From positions 27,331 to 91,330 of the forward strand of contig RKRR01000138.1 of assembly GCA_007571305.1 (NCBI GenBank): 64,000 nucleotides of DNA. The letters are read 5' to 3'. Made by a program: the position numbers and the translations under genes. The stretch is from Candidatus Poribacteria bacterium. Its GTDB lineage: Bacteria > Poribacteria > WGA-4E > WGA-3G. The notes under the pieces were generated by a model that made no database searches, had not been told where the DNA came from, and was given only the letters and a program-made list of their open reading frames with translations. Shown piece after piece: positions 44,843 to 54,431 of this stretch. How positions within the stretch are numbered: position 1 is the first letter of the stretch; each line of letters opens with the position of its first letter.

Positions 44843-45577
44843 TTACTCACCTTCACCACCGACTTCGCCGACTTCGATGTCAATTTCATCTCGGTTCCTG
44901 ATACGTTCCACGAGTCCATCTCGGATGTCCACGATCCTATCAGAGACATCAAGCATCTTCAGATCGTGCGTTGCCGAAATTACGGTGACACTCTGATCCG
45001 TATTCAGGCGTTTAATCAGATCTATAATTTCACGTCCGGTGATGGTATCAAGGTTCGCTGTCGGTTCGTCAGCGAGAACGATGCTCGGATCGTTCGCGAG
45101 GGCTCTGGCGATAGCGACGCGTTGACGTTGTCCACCCGATAGTTCGTCGGGGAGGTGGTACATCCTATCTCCCAATCCTACCAAATCCAGCAACTGTTCC
45201 GCTTTTTCATTGCGTTGTTTTTCAGGTATCCCAGCGAAGATCATCGGGAGTGTTACGTTTCCGTGTGCGCTCCGCACGTGCAGCAAGTTGTAGCTCTGAA
45301 AAATATAGCCCACGCGGTGGCATCGAAATGCCGCAATCTGTCTTTGCGACAGTTGGGACATATTTTGCCCGTCGATGTACACTTGACCCTCTGTAGGGCG
45401 ATCGAGGGCACCGATCATATTAAAGAGCGTGGATTTACCCGAACCGGAGGGGCCCATGAGCGAGATATACTCCCCGCGTTCAATCTCAATATTGATTCCA
45501 TCCAAAGCACGAAGAATGTTTGAACCCATGCGATATTCTTTGACAACATCTTCAGTTTTTACAACGATATCAGCCAT
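44843..45577 (-). CDS. ABC transporter ATP-binding protein (LolD/MacB type)
   Basis: [24 protein letters not shown] and IVLADEPT. Confidence 0.9.
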   Translation of the reverse strand: MADIVVKTEDVVKEYRMGSNILRALDGINIEIERGEYISLMGPSGSGKSTLFNMIGALDRPTEGQVYIDGQNMSQLSQRQIAAFRCHRVGYIFQSYNLLHVRSAHGNVTLPMIFAGIPEKQRNEKAEQLLDLVGLGDRMYHLPDELSGGQRQRVAIARALANDPSIVLADEPTANLDTITGREIIDLIKRLNTDQSVTVISATHDLKMLDVSDRIVDIRDGLVERIRNRDEIDIEVGEVGGEGE

Positions 45578-45591
45578 AATTTCCTCCGTGC

Positions 45592-46299
45592 CTATACCTC
45601 GGTTCGCATTGCTTCAGCAGGGGGTAGTTTCGCCGCACGCCATGCAGGAAACGATGAACCGATGACTGCCAAAATCATGCCGAGAATACATCCCAGTAAA
45701 ATGACCACGATAACACCGAGCTGCATTGTACCGTCTTCAGGCTGCGCAGGTAACAGGGGAAAATAAAAGAATAAGTCTAATCCGTAGTCTTTAAGCCCTA
45801 AAAGGACTGCGCCGAGTGTTCCGATAAGGGCTCCGATGAGTGCACCTGAAAACCCTTGAAACCCTGATTCAAGTAGAAACAACCTAACCACGAATCCGTC
45901 TAATGCGCCGAGACATTTCATCGTTCCGATCTCGCGAAAACGTTCTGTGACTGCCATCAGCATTGAATTCGCAATACCGACGACACAGACAATCAGCGAC
46001 ATTACAATCAACCAGATATCTTTTGTGGAAATGCCTTTTTCTGTTGTCTCTTCAAAAGTGTTAATTGCCGATTGTCGTCCGCTTTCCTGTAATGCGAGAC
46101 CGATTTCATTATTTGTCCACACCGACACGAGAAATGCGATACCGAGCGTAATACCAGCTGTCGTAATGATTGAACGTCCAAAACGGATTTTTAAACTCTG
46201 AAAACTAATTCGTAAAGATTCTACAAAAGGGAGATCAATCTGTTCTTGAATTGGTGTTCTTTGCTGCAAATGTCTATACTCCTTATCCTTGATTTGCAT
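45592..46299 (-). CDS. FtsX-like ABC permease with minimal periplasmic loop
   Basis: TM1, a short loop and three C-terminal TMs. MAVTERFREIGTMKCLGA is the typical FtsX/MacB motif. Confidence 0.8.
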   Translation of the reverse strand: MQIKDKEYRHLQQRTPIQEQIDLPFVESLRISFQSLKIRFGRSIITTAGITLGIAFLVSVWTNNEIGLALQESGRQSAINTFEETTEKGISTKDIWLIVMSLIVCVVGIANSMLMAVTERFREIGTMKCLGALDGFVVRLFLLESGFQGFSGALIGALIGTLGAVLLGLKDYGLDLFFYFPLLPAQPEDGTMQLGVIVVILLGCILGMILAVIGSSFPAWRAAKLPPAEAMRTEV

Positions 46300-46367
46300 T
46301 TGTTTATGTGTATTTTAGCAAATTTACAATTTTCAGTCAAGTTTTTCATGTGTAGTTCAGGGTGATT

Positions 46368-46498
46368 TATGGTAAACCCTAAAAATAAGTTCACACTTGT
46401 AGCATAGGAAACCGTTGGTTTCCTGTGCTATTAGAAGCATATTACTTCAGAGTTCACACGACGCTACGAGCGTATCAGTAATTACGGAATCTACTATA
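46368..46498 (+). repeat. MITE-like repeat, family C, copy C3
   Basis: Degenerate left end TATGGTAAACCC and right end CGGAATCTACTATA. Core TGTAGCATAGGAAACCGTTGGTTTCCTGTGC. Confidence 0.7.
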
Positions 46499-46616
46499 TG
46501 GTAAATCCTAAAAATATATGCAGCATTTCGTAGCATAGGAAACCGTTGGTATCCTGCGGGCGAGGATGCACAGGAGACCAACACCCTATGCTACAGGACT
46601 GGCAACTCGGGTTAAG
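46497..46616 (+). repeat. chimeric repeat: family C-like left end, family B-like right end
   Basis: Starts TATGGTAAATCCTAAAAATA (as C3) and ends CTGGCAACTCGGGTTAAG (family B terminus). Contains two core hairpins in opposite orientation. Confidence 0.6.
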
Positions 46617-46723
46617 TAATTCTAATATCTACCATAGTTCTTATAGAAACTGTGCCGACAAGGAACAAGATTGACTTTCCGATCTCTCGTTGTTATACTG
46701 GATGCCGAGGCAGGTACAGATTG

Positions 46724-47347
46724 ATGCTCCGAAATTCCCTTTATTTTCCACTCCTATTGTTATCTGTCGGTATATTGTGCTGGAGTACGCAGATTTTTGC
46801 ACACGATGCTTTCTATCCACACCATCGCGAGGATTTTGAGAGCCTGACGCGCCGTCGCGAGTTACGAGGGACGGTTATTTTCAGTACCACTGTTTTTCTT
46901 TGTGTGCTTGGAACAATCGTCTACATCGCTTTGCGGAAGATTAAGGATGCTGATGACATAGACGAGCGTGAGACAAAGAAGGTTCAGGAACGTTTGGTCG
47001 ACGCTGCAAACAGAGCGGCACATGCGGCAAAATACGTCCTTAACACCGAAGAGAACATTGCGAAAGCCGCCGAAACAGCCCTAACAACATACGCTGAGGT
47101 ATCCGGTGTGACGTGGCAATCGCGTTCTTATAGGCGGAGTCATGCTGAATCAGTTCCGTACCAAATCCGGTGCAAAATCGGAACTGACATTGTTACCCTT
47201 AACATCAATACTGAAGTTGTGAAATTAAAAGCGGAACACAACCTTCCTAAATCCGTTATCGGTTCACAAGGAACATCGAAAAGCGCAAATGTGGTGCTAA
47301 GAATCGCGGATAAGGAAAGGGAGAAAGGCGTTTCGTGTGAGAAATAA
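46724..47347 (+). CDS. hypothetical protein with signal peptide and one TM helix
   Basis: MLRNSLYFPLLLLSVGILCWSTQIFA. The track start at 46652 lies inside repeat-derived sequence. Confidence 0.55.
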   Translation: MLRNSLYFPLLLLSVGILCWSTQIFAHDAFYPHHREDFESLTRRRELRGTVIFSTTVFLCVLGTIVYIALRKIKDADDIDERETKKVQERLVDAANRAAHAAKYVLNTEENIAKAAETALTTYAEVSGVTWQSRSYRRSHAESVPYQIRCKIGTDIVTLNINTEVVKLKAEHNLPKSVIGSQGTSKSANVVLRIADKEREKGVSCEK

Positions 47348-47355
47348 TCGGTAAA

Positions 47356-48108
47356 TTACGGACTGAGTCGGTTGATGAGTGCCGCGCTATAACCCGCGCC
47401 GAAACCGTTATCAATATTCACGACAGTAACACCGGACGCGCAACTGTTTAGCATCCCTAATAGAGCGGCGAGCCCTCCGAAACTGGCACCGTAGCCGATA
47501 CTTGTCGGGACTGCGATAACTGGGCAATCCACCAACCCACCCACAACGCTCGGAAGCGCGCCTTCCATGCCAGCAACAACGATGATAACCCGTGCGTTCA
47601 AGAGTTTCTCGTGATTGCTCATGAGTCGGTGTAATCCTGCTACACCGACATCGTACAGACGTTCCGGTTGGTTTCCCATCATTCGTGCGGTTTCGGCGGC
47701 TTCCTCGGCTACTGGTAAATCGGAAGTGCCAGCAGAAACGACGAGGATACCTGAAACGCCTGTGTCTTCCTCGGATGGAGAGACGGTGATTGTCCGTCCA
47801 AGTTCGTTGTAACGTGCGGCAGGTTGAACTTCTTTCACGGCTTCATACATGTCAGGTGTCGCACGGGTTGCGAGGAGGGGATGTCCTGCGGCGAGGATAT
47901 GTTCACTAATCTGCTTGACGTGTTCTACCGTTTTTCCTTGACAGAAAATGACTTCAGGAAATCCAGTACGGAGTTGACGATGATGATCTATTTTTGAAAA
48001 TCCTAAATCTTCAAAAGGAAGTGTGCGGAGGGATTGTAGGGCATCATCCACTGCAACCTCTCCGCTTTTGATTTGTTCAAGCAGGATTCTCAGTTTTTCA
48101 ATTTCCAT
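47356..48108 (-). CDS. larB: LarB-like (PurE-related) nickel-pincer cofactor biosynthesis carboxylase
   Basis: [20 protein letters not shown], then a PurE-like [15 protein letters not shown] and [15 protein letters not shown]. Confidence 0.75.
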   Translation of the reverse strand: MEIEKLRILLEQIKSGEVAVDDALQSLRTLPFEDLGFSKIDHHRQLRTGFPEVIFCQGKTVEHVKQISEHILAAGHPLLATRATPDMYEAVKEVQPAARYNELGRTITVSPSEEDTGVSGILVVSAGTSDLPVAEEAAETARMMGNQPERLYDVGVAGLHRLMSNHEKLLNARVIIVVAGMEGALPSVVGGLVDCPVIAVPTSIGYGASFGGLAALLGMLNSCASGVTVVNIDNGFGAGYSAALINRLSP

Positions 48109-48123
48109 TCACTTAACCGGGTC

Positions 48124-48242
48124 AGGACTTACGCATGCTGCTCTTTTGTAGCATAACCTGTCAGGTTGTGCCAAGAGAACATCTGTGTTTTTTTGGGTTC
48201 TCCCTATCACAAAGTGTCCTATGGTCAAAATTGCGTAGGCCC
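48124..48242 (+). repeat. MITE-like repeat, family A, copy A4
   Basis: AGGACTTACGC ... GCGTAGGCCCC (degenerate right end). Core TGTAGCATAACCTGTCAGGTTGTGCC. Confidence 0.8.
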
Positions 48243-48275
48243 CGTTAATTTTATCTCTATGCCTCGGGAAGACCT

Positions 48276-48686
48276 TTAGGCTTCCTCAGTAGCCTCTTCA
48301 TCGGTTTCTTCGGAATCGCTGATACCCGGGATAGATCCAGCGATTTTGGATCGGACATCCGCGGAAACTTTACGTCCGGTTTCCACAGCACTTTTTACCT
48401 GCTCGCCAGCGTGTTGGATACGTTCTTTTCCACTATCTACGATGGTGTGGACGCTTTCTTTTCCCTGTTCCATGAGAGCTTCAGCACTTTGCCGCGCACT
48501 ATCACTAGCTTGGCTTGCGAATTCAACCGTCCTGTTTTTTGCTTCAATCGAAGTATCTCGAATCTTTCGGCGGGTTTCCTTGCCGGAACTTGGGGCATAG
48601 AGCAGGCTAATAACAGCACCGGCCATAAATCCAGTGAAAAATGCAAGGACCATTGCGAGCCCGTTGTTTTGTCCATTGTTACTCAT
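48276..48686 (-). CDS. YtxH domain-containing protein
   Basis: GFMAGAVISLLYAPSSGKETRRKIRD. ATG at 48686 follows AAAGGA. The track start is 48734. Confidence 0.75.
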   Translation of the reverse strand: MSNNGQNNGLAMVLAFFTGFMAGAVISLLYAPSSGKETRRKIRDTSIEAKNRTVEFASQASDSARQSAEALMEQGKESVHTIVDSGKERIQHAGEQVKSAVETGRKVSADVRSKIAGSIPGISDSEETDEEATEEA

Positions 48687-48862
48687 TATTTTTATCCTTT
48701 CTGTTAAATTGAGATTGTTTTGGGCAGCTTGCATACTTCCAAAACACGTTGTTCAAATTTACGAAACTCAGGGTGGGAGGTTTCAATTTTCATGCTTATT
48801 TTTGGTTGACTCCTTTTTTGGGTGCTCTATTACAATTTAAATACTAATTGCTCGACGGCTTC

Positions 48863-50176
48863 TTATGATACGAAAAATTCGGGTTCAAACACGAGCCTGG
48901 GGTATTCGTGCACTTGGCATCGAGGTTTTGTGAGGTCTTTGAGGTCTCGGAGTTCCGGCGGCACATCAAGGTATTCTTGGAGTTCTGGGAATTCCGAGCG
49001 GATGAAGTCTTCAAAGGCTTTGGCAGCGGCGGCCTGCTGCTGTGCGGCGCGTGCGGCGGCCTCTGCTTGATGTGCGGCTTCGGCCTCTGCATCGGAAAAC
49101 TGGGAAACATCCGCGCCCTCCGGTGCTGTCCGTGTCGAAAACTCGGCGGGTATATCAAACTGTCCTCTAGTGCGCGTCGCAACGGTGTCGGGGCTGCCGG
49201 TTTCGGTACCCATGGGGAGCGGTGTCTCCTGAACCGGGCGTTGAATCGGCTCGATCAGCGGCTTGCCCTCTTCAATCGCACGGATCTGCCGCGCCGATTC
49301 CCAATTTTGTGTCTTCGCGTAGTCCTCACGATAGATCGCTAACGCCTTCTGATATTGACCCAGCCGTTGGTAGGTGTCACCTATTAAGTCTACAAAGGAA
49401 TTCTTGGAGAGTTTTGCGGCTTCCTGCTGGTAGCGGAGTGCTTCTTCGGGTTTATAGTACCAGATCGTGCCGGCAAAGGAATCCAGGTATCTGGCGCGAT
49501 CCTCCGGGGGGAGTCCCTCCATAGCGATGAGTTTCTCGTAGGCGGCTTCGCGCTCCGGGTTCGGGCCTTCGGGGATATAGCCCTGCTGTCCTATCCATAA
49601 ATAGAGGCGTTCCGGATCGTCGGGTGCCTCTGCGAGTGCCTGATCGGCGAGTTCTTTGAGGTAGTCATCCGGACCCGATGCGGTGTTGTAGAGGTATTCT
49701 GCTGCCTCCCAGGCGGACATGCCCTCGGTTTTGGCAATCGCGCGTTGCCGTTCTAAGATGGCATCACTCTCCTCTCGGGAAATCTCGTCCCTTTGGACAG
49801 CATAGTGGAGATGGTGGCGGAGTTCATCGAGACGTTTCCATTGGGTATCGGTGAGTTCGCGTTCCGCGGGCCGCGTGTAGGTAGCTGTTTCACGCCGCAG
49901 TGCCCCTTGCAACGGTGCTGGCGACTGTCCTTGTGGTGCCCCCCGCATCAATGGGGTGTTGCCGCGGGTGGGAAAACCGTCGGGCTCGGTGCGTTTTTCC
50001 GTGTCGGCGTTCTCTGCTGCTGGGCGGGGTTCCGCGCCGGGGGTGTCGGTGCCGGTTTTCCAGCGTTTTGTGGCATAGATCCCCGCGAAGACGAGGCAGC
50101 AGCCCGCGAGAGTGATGAGAAACACGCGATCGGTGAAAAGGGTTCGGATGAGGTGTTTCAAAAAGTCTCTCAACAT
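48863..50176 (-). CDS. hypothetical membrane-anchored protein with TPR-like helical region and Ala/Gln-rich tail
   Basis: N-terminal TM (VFLITLAGCCLVFAGIY) and low-complexity AEAEAAHQAEAAARAAQQQAAAAKA. Visibly more GC-rich than its neighbours. Confidence 0.6.
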   Translation of the reverse strand: MLRDFLKHLIRTLFTDRVFLITLAGCCLVFAGIYATKRWKTGTDTPGAEPRPAAENADTEKRTEPDGFPTRGNTPLMRGAPQGQSPAPLQGALRRETATYTRPAERELTDTQWKRLDELRHHLHYAVQRDEISREESDAILERQRAIAKTEGMSAWEAAEYLYNTASGPDDYLKELADQALAEAPDDPERLYLWIGQQGYIPEGPNPEREAAYEKLIAMEGLPPEDRARYLDSFAGTIWYYKPEEALRYQQEAAKLSKNSFVDLIGDTYQRLGQYQKALAIYREDYAKTQNWESARQIRAIEEGKPLIEPIQRPVQETPLPMGTETGSPDTVATRTRGQFDIPAEFSTRTAPEGADVSQFSDAEAEAAHQAEAAARAAQQQAAAAKAFEDFIRSEFPELQEYLDVPPELRDLKDLTKPRCQVHEYPRLVFEPEFFVS

Positions 50177-50751
50177 GTCTCTACTTCTCTTTTATTATGG
50201 TTAGAAGCGGCGGATATTGTGCCTTCCTCTTCCGGTTCGGGAGGTTGTGTAGAAGAAAAACTATCCCATCCCGCTTTGATGCCCTGCCATAAGCTTACGA
50301 TATCAGCGAGTGAAACTGCGATCTGATTGCGGAAAAATACCGCTTGTTCTATCGTTTGTCCAGAAAAATTGCTCACTTTTTGAACTAATTCATTAAGTTC
50401 TTGAATGCTTTGGTTCAGAACACTACTTATTTCTTGGATATTATGTACGGTGGGTTGAATTTCGGACTCGCTAATCCCTTGTAAGGAAGCCGTCAACCCG
50501 TTCAGGTTTTGAAGTAGTTCCGGTAGTTCTTTATTCACCTCTTTTACTGTCCTATCTACGTCAGTAATCAACTCTCCTACCTCTTGGTTAACGATATTTT
50601 CTGTGGAGTTCAGCGTATTTCGGATGCTGTTTAATGAGTTTCGGAGGCTCCCTACAGCAGCGCACATGTACCCCGCGAGAGCTGTGAGGGCAATTAGGAA
50701 AATACCGAGGCTGAATTTCCAAAAAAGTGAAGCAATCAAACTCCAATCCAT
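50170..50751 (-). CDS. DUF948-like membrane-anchored coiled-coil protein
   Basis: ATG at 50751 follows AAAGGAG. TM helix, then repetitive N/S/L-rich heptads (LRNSLNSIRNTLNSTENIVNQEVGELI). Confidence 0.6.
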   Translation of the reverse strand: MDWSLIASLFWKFSLGIFLIALTALAGYMCAAVGSLRNSLNSIRNTLNSTENIVNQEVGELITDVDRTVKEVNKELPELLQNLNGLTASLQGISESEIQPTVHNIQEISSVLNQSIQELNELVQKVSNFSGQTIEQAVFFRNQIAVSLADIVSLWQGIKAGWDSFSSTQPPEPEEEGTISAASNHNKREVETC

Positions 50752-50839
50752 AATTTCTCCTTTGGGCATTGTAACTGCCGCTTCCGATAAGCGGCTTTTC
50801 AAACACAATTTTTACTTTACAGAGATATTACCTGCAAGT

Positions 50840-53497
50840 TTAAGCTGTGAGTTGTTTCCCGACGATTTCGTTGGTTTTGGCAATTGCTGCATTCACTTTG
50901 CTGGGGTTCTTGCCTCCGCCTTGTGCGAGTTCTGGACGGCCCCCGCCGCGACCGTCTGCGAGTTGGGTGAGTTCGGAAATGATTTTGCCAGCATGCAAAT
51001 CACGATTTTTCACCAAGTCTGGGGTTACACCAACCACAAAAGCGACTTCGTTTCCCGACACAGCGGCAAGCGCGACAACACCAGATTCTAAGCGGGTTTT
51101 GAGTTCATCAACGAGTTGTCGCAACCCGTTCCTATCCGCGCCCGTTACGACGGATGCGACCACTTGCACATCTACGACACGTGTGGCACCTTCAACCAAG
51201 GTGCTGACGTTGGCAAGAGCATGCTGACTTTTAAGTTGTTGAAGTTGCTGCTCCAGGATTCGTTGTTCTTCAAGCAGTCGTTCGATCCGTTCAGGCAGAG
51301 CAGTTTTGGGTGTTTTCAGCAGATTCGCCACATTGGCGAGGAGCGTGGTATCTTCTTGAACCGTTGTTACCGCTGAGGTGCCTGTCAGTGCCTCAACGCG
51401 TCGGACCCCTGCAGCGATGCTACTTTCGCTCATGAGCTTCACGAAACCGAGTTCACCCGTTGCATCAACGTGGGTGCCACCACAGAGTTCAACGCTATAG
51501 GTACCGGCTTGTACGACACGGACAACATCACCGTACTTATCACCGAAGAAGGCTAAAGCCCCTTTCGATTTCGCCTCATCCAACGGCATTTCACCGATAG
51601 ACAGGGCATCGTTTCCACGGATTTTGTCGTTGACAAATTCCTCAATATCTCGTAATTGTTCCGGTGAGACAGATTCGTAGTGTGAAAAATCAAACCGCAA
51701 CCTACCGGCTTCAACGAGCGAACCTGCTTGCGCGACATGTGTTCCGAGTACTTCCCGCAATCCACTGTGTAGAAGGTGCGTTGCTGTATGGCTCACAGCG
51801 ACAGCGTTTCGGTGTTCGATATCTATTTGCGCGTGCACCGTAGTATATGGTGTGATTTCACCCTCAAGGACTTTACACTTATGAACAGCTAAGTCTGCTG
51901 AAGGTTTGAGTGTGTCTGCTACAGCCAACCTTGCCTTGCCATTCTCAAGTGTGCCGATATCGCCAACTTGTCCACCCGATTCACCGTAAAAAGGTGTTCG
52001 GTTCAACAGGACAAGCACCTCATCGCCCTGTTGCGCGCTGGCTACAGATTCCGAATCGGCGATTAAAGCCACGACCTCTGCATCAATGTTATTTTGCGTA
52101 TAGCCGACGAATTCGGTTTCGCCATGCTCTTTAAGGACTTCGGCATAGATGGAAATATCTTCGTCTTTAGTACCACCTCTGGTTTCCCATGCCTCCCGTC
52201 CGCGCGCACGTTGCTCCTCCATACTCTGTTCAAAACCCATATTGTCAACCGTGAGCCCACGTTCACGTGCAAGCATCTGCGTCAAATCAAGGGGAAAGCC
52301 AAAAGTATCGTACAACTCAAATGCCCGCTTTCCGTCAATCTGTGTCTTGTTCTGCTCCTGGAGCGTGTCAAATGAGCGATCAAGGAGTTCCAAACCGCGT
52401 TCGATGGTTTGATGGAAGCGATGCTCTTCACCCTGAATCGTGCGAGTGATGAACTCACGGCGCTGTAGAACATCGGGAAATACATCACCCAGCAATTCGA
52501 TGACGTTATCAACCAGCCGGTAGATGAACGCTTCGTTCATCTCTAATTTCTTACCGTAAAGCACAGCCCGTCTCAAAATCCTGCGGATGACATAGCCTCG
52601 CCCTTCGTTGGATGGCATGACACCATCGCCGATGGCAAAAGTCAAACATCGGATATGGTCAGCGATAACTCGGTGTGGTAATCCGCGTTCATCATCGAAA
52701 TAGGCGGAGTCTGTCATATCAGCGATGGTCGTTAAGAGTGATGTGAACAGATCCGTCTTGTAGTTTGAATCGACCCCTTGCAATATGGAGGTAATCCGCT
52801 CGAACCCCATGCCAGTATCTACATGTGTTGCTGGTAAAGGCTCAAGCGTTCCGCTTTCGTTGCGGTTGTACTGAATGAACACGAGATTCCAGAATTCTCT
52901 GAAGCGATCGCTCGTATTGGGACCTGCGTCTGGGTCATTTTCGGTTTCAGGATAGGCTTCCACACCCATGTCAACAAAAAGTTCGCTGCACGGACCACAA
53001 GGACCCGTTTCACCCATTTCCCAAAAGTTATCCTTATCGCAACGGCGGATGCGCGAAAGCGGGAGGTCTGTCTCTTGGAGCCAGAGTTTTTCTGCTTCGT
53101 CGTCTTCAAGATAGACTGTCGCCCAGAGACGCTCCTTCGGAATCTGCCAAAGTTCGATCACCAATTCCCACGCAAAAGCGATGGCTTCTTGCTTGTAATA
53201 ATCGCCGAATGACCAGTTTCCGAGCATTTCAAAGAAAGTGTGGTGGCTTGGTGAATAACCGACCTCTTCGAGATCGTTGTGTTTGCCACTGACCCGTAGA
53301 CATTTTTGTGTATCAACGGCGCGTGTGTACTCCCGCTGTCCAATACCGAGAAACACATCCTTGAATTGGTTCATACCTGCATTGGTGAACAACAGCGTCG
53401 GGTCATCTGCTGGTATCAGGGACGCACTCGGCACAATAGCATGCCCGTGCTTACGAAAGTATTCTAAGAAACTGGCTCTAATTTCATCTGATGTCAT
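50840..53497 (-). CDS. alaS: alanine--tRNA ligase
   Basis: MTSDEIRASFLEYFRKHGH...FTNAGMNQFKD, an editing-domain HTATHLLH, and a C-terminal DHHA1-like tail. 885 aa. Confidence 0.97.
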   Translation of the reverse strand: MTSDEIRASFLEYFRKHGHAIVPSASLIPADDPTLLFTNAGMNQFKDVFLGIGQREYTRAVDTQKCLRVSGKHNDLEEVGYSPSHHTFFEMLGNWSFGDYYKQEAIAFAWELVIELWQIPKERLWATVYLEDDEAEKLWLQETDLPLSRIRRCDKDNFWEMGETGPCGPCSELFVDMGVEAYPETENDPDAGPNTSDRFREFWNLVFIQYNRNESGTLEPLPATHVDTGMGFERITSILQGVDSNYKTDLFTSLLTTIADMTDSAYFDDERGLPHRVIADHIRCLTFAIGDGVMPSNEGRGYVIRRILRRAVLYGKKLEMNEAFIYRLVDNVIELLGDVFPDVLQRREFITRTIQGEEHRFHQTIERGLELLDRSFDTLQEQNKTQIDGKRAFELYDTFGFPLDLTQMLARERGLTVDNMGFEQSMEEQRARGREAWETRGGTKDEDISIYAEVLKEHGETEFVGYTQNNIDAEVVALIADSESVASAQQGDEVLVLLNRTPFYGESGGQVGDIGTLENGKARLAVADTLKPSADLAVHKCKVLEGEITPYTTVHAQIDIEHRNAVAVSHTATHLLHSGLREVLGTHVAQAGSLVEAGRLRFDFSHYESVSPEQLRDIEEFVNDKIRGNDALSIGEMPLDEAKSKGALAFFGDKYGDVVRVVQAGTYSVELCGGTHVDATGELGFVKLMSESSIAAGVRRVEALTGTSAVTTVQEDTTLLANVANLLKTPKTALPERIERLLEEQRILEQQLQQLKSQHALANVSTLVEGATRVVDVQVVASVVTGADRNGLRQLVDELKTRLESGVVALAAVSGNEVAFVVGVTPDLVKNRDLHAGKIISELTQLADGRGGGRPELAQGGGKNPSKVNAAIAKTNEIVGKQLTA

Positions 53498-53528
53498 GTT
53501 AGGTTCGCTCCTACGTTATCCTGTTCCT

Positions 53529-53558
53529 ATTATAGTCTATTTGTTACAGAGAAGTCAA
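53529..53558 (-). promoter_or_regulatory. sigma70-like promoter candidate for alaS (TTGACT-18 nt-TATAAT)
   Basis: On the minus strand it reads CTTGACTTCTCTGTAACAAATAGACTATAATAGG, about 30 nt upstream of an AGGAG RBS and the ATG. Confidence 0.45.
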
Positions 53559-53613
53559 GACAAAAACGGATGCAAAAATCTGTTTGGAAACCTTGATATA
53601 ATGTGCTGATGGA

Positions 53614-54294
53614 TTAGAAAATCTCTTGGAGTACGTGCCGCACCGTTTCTGATGCGAACCCACGTCGTGCTAAAAACCCGTGTAATCGACGTTTCGCGAC
53701 ATGAATGGGGAGACGTTCATACTGCTTCGCCCGTTTTTTAGCAATCTGGAGTGCGATTTTCATTTCGTCTTCAGTTTCTACGTTTGCCACGACCTGTTCT
53801 GCTGTTTCTCGGTCGATGCCCTTGTCGACAAGTTCGTTCTTAAGCAACGTTTTTCCACGTGGATTAGATTTTTGCCTACGAGTTATCCAATTTTCTGCAT
53901 ACTTCTTGTCACGAATATGTCCGGAGTGAATCAATTCCTCAATAACTGTTTCAATTGCTTTGGTTGAGAAGCTTTCTCGCTCAAGCCGCTGTTCCATCTC
54001 ATTCTTGGTATAAATTTTAGGCTTTCCTGTAAATCGAGGTCCCTCTGACCCTTCTCTTGCGGTGTTATCCTTCTCTTCACGGAATAGCTTGAGCGCGTAG
54101 TTCTTCGCACGCATCACTTCATCAGCCGCAATTATCTTTTCAATGGTCTCAGCTTGAATTTCTAAACCAATGCGCAATCCGAATTTTTCAACCAGAGATG
54201 TATGAAGCACAACAAATGGAGTGCCATTCAAAAAGAGTTGTTGGTGTAAAGGCAATTCAGGAACTGCCTGAATGCTGGTAATTTTCTGCTTCAT
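53614..54294 (-). CDS. recX: RecX family regulatory protein
   Basis: Three-helix repeat architecture and a C-terminal RRLHGFLARRGFASETVRHVLQEI, typical of RecX. Confidence 0.7.
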   Translation of the reverse strand: MKQKITSIQAVPELPLHQQLFLNGTPFVVLHTSLVEKFGLRIGLEIQAETIEKIIAADEVMRAKNYALKLFREEKDNTAREGSEGPRFTGKPKIYTKNEMEQRLERESFSTKAIETVIEELIHSGHIRDKKYAENWITRRQKSNPRGKTLLKNELVDKGIDRETAEQVVANVETEDEMKIALQIAKKRAKQYERLPIHVAKRRLHGFLARRGFASETVRHVLQEIF

Positions 54295-54431
54295 GTTTAT
54301 TAGAAAATCGCCCTGCGAAGGATATGGTGTAACAGCGAGCGCGAGGTTTAAAGACAGGTGTATGGCAACCTATATGACTGAGACCTCGCGCTTGAAAAGA
54401 ATGTATTCGCTGTGACAAAAGGCGGTAACGT

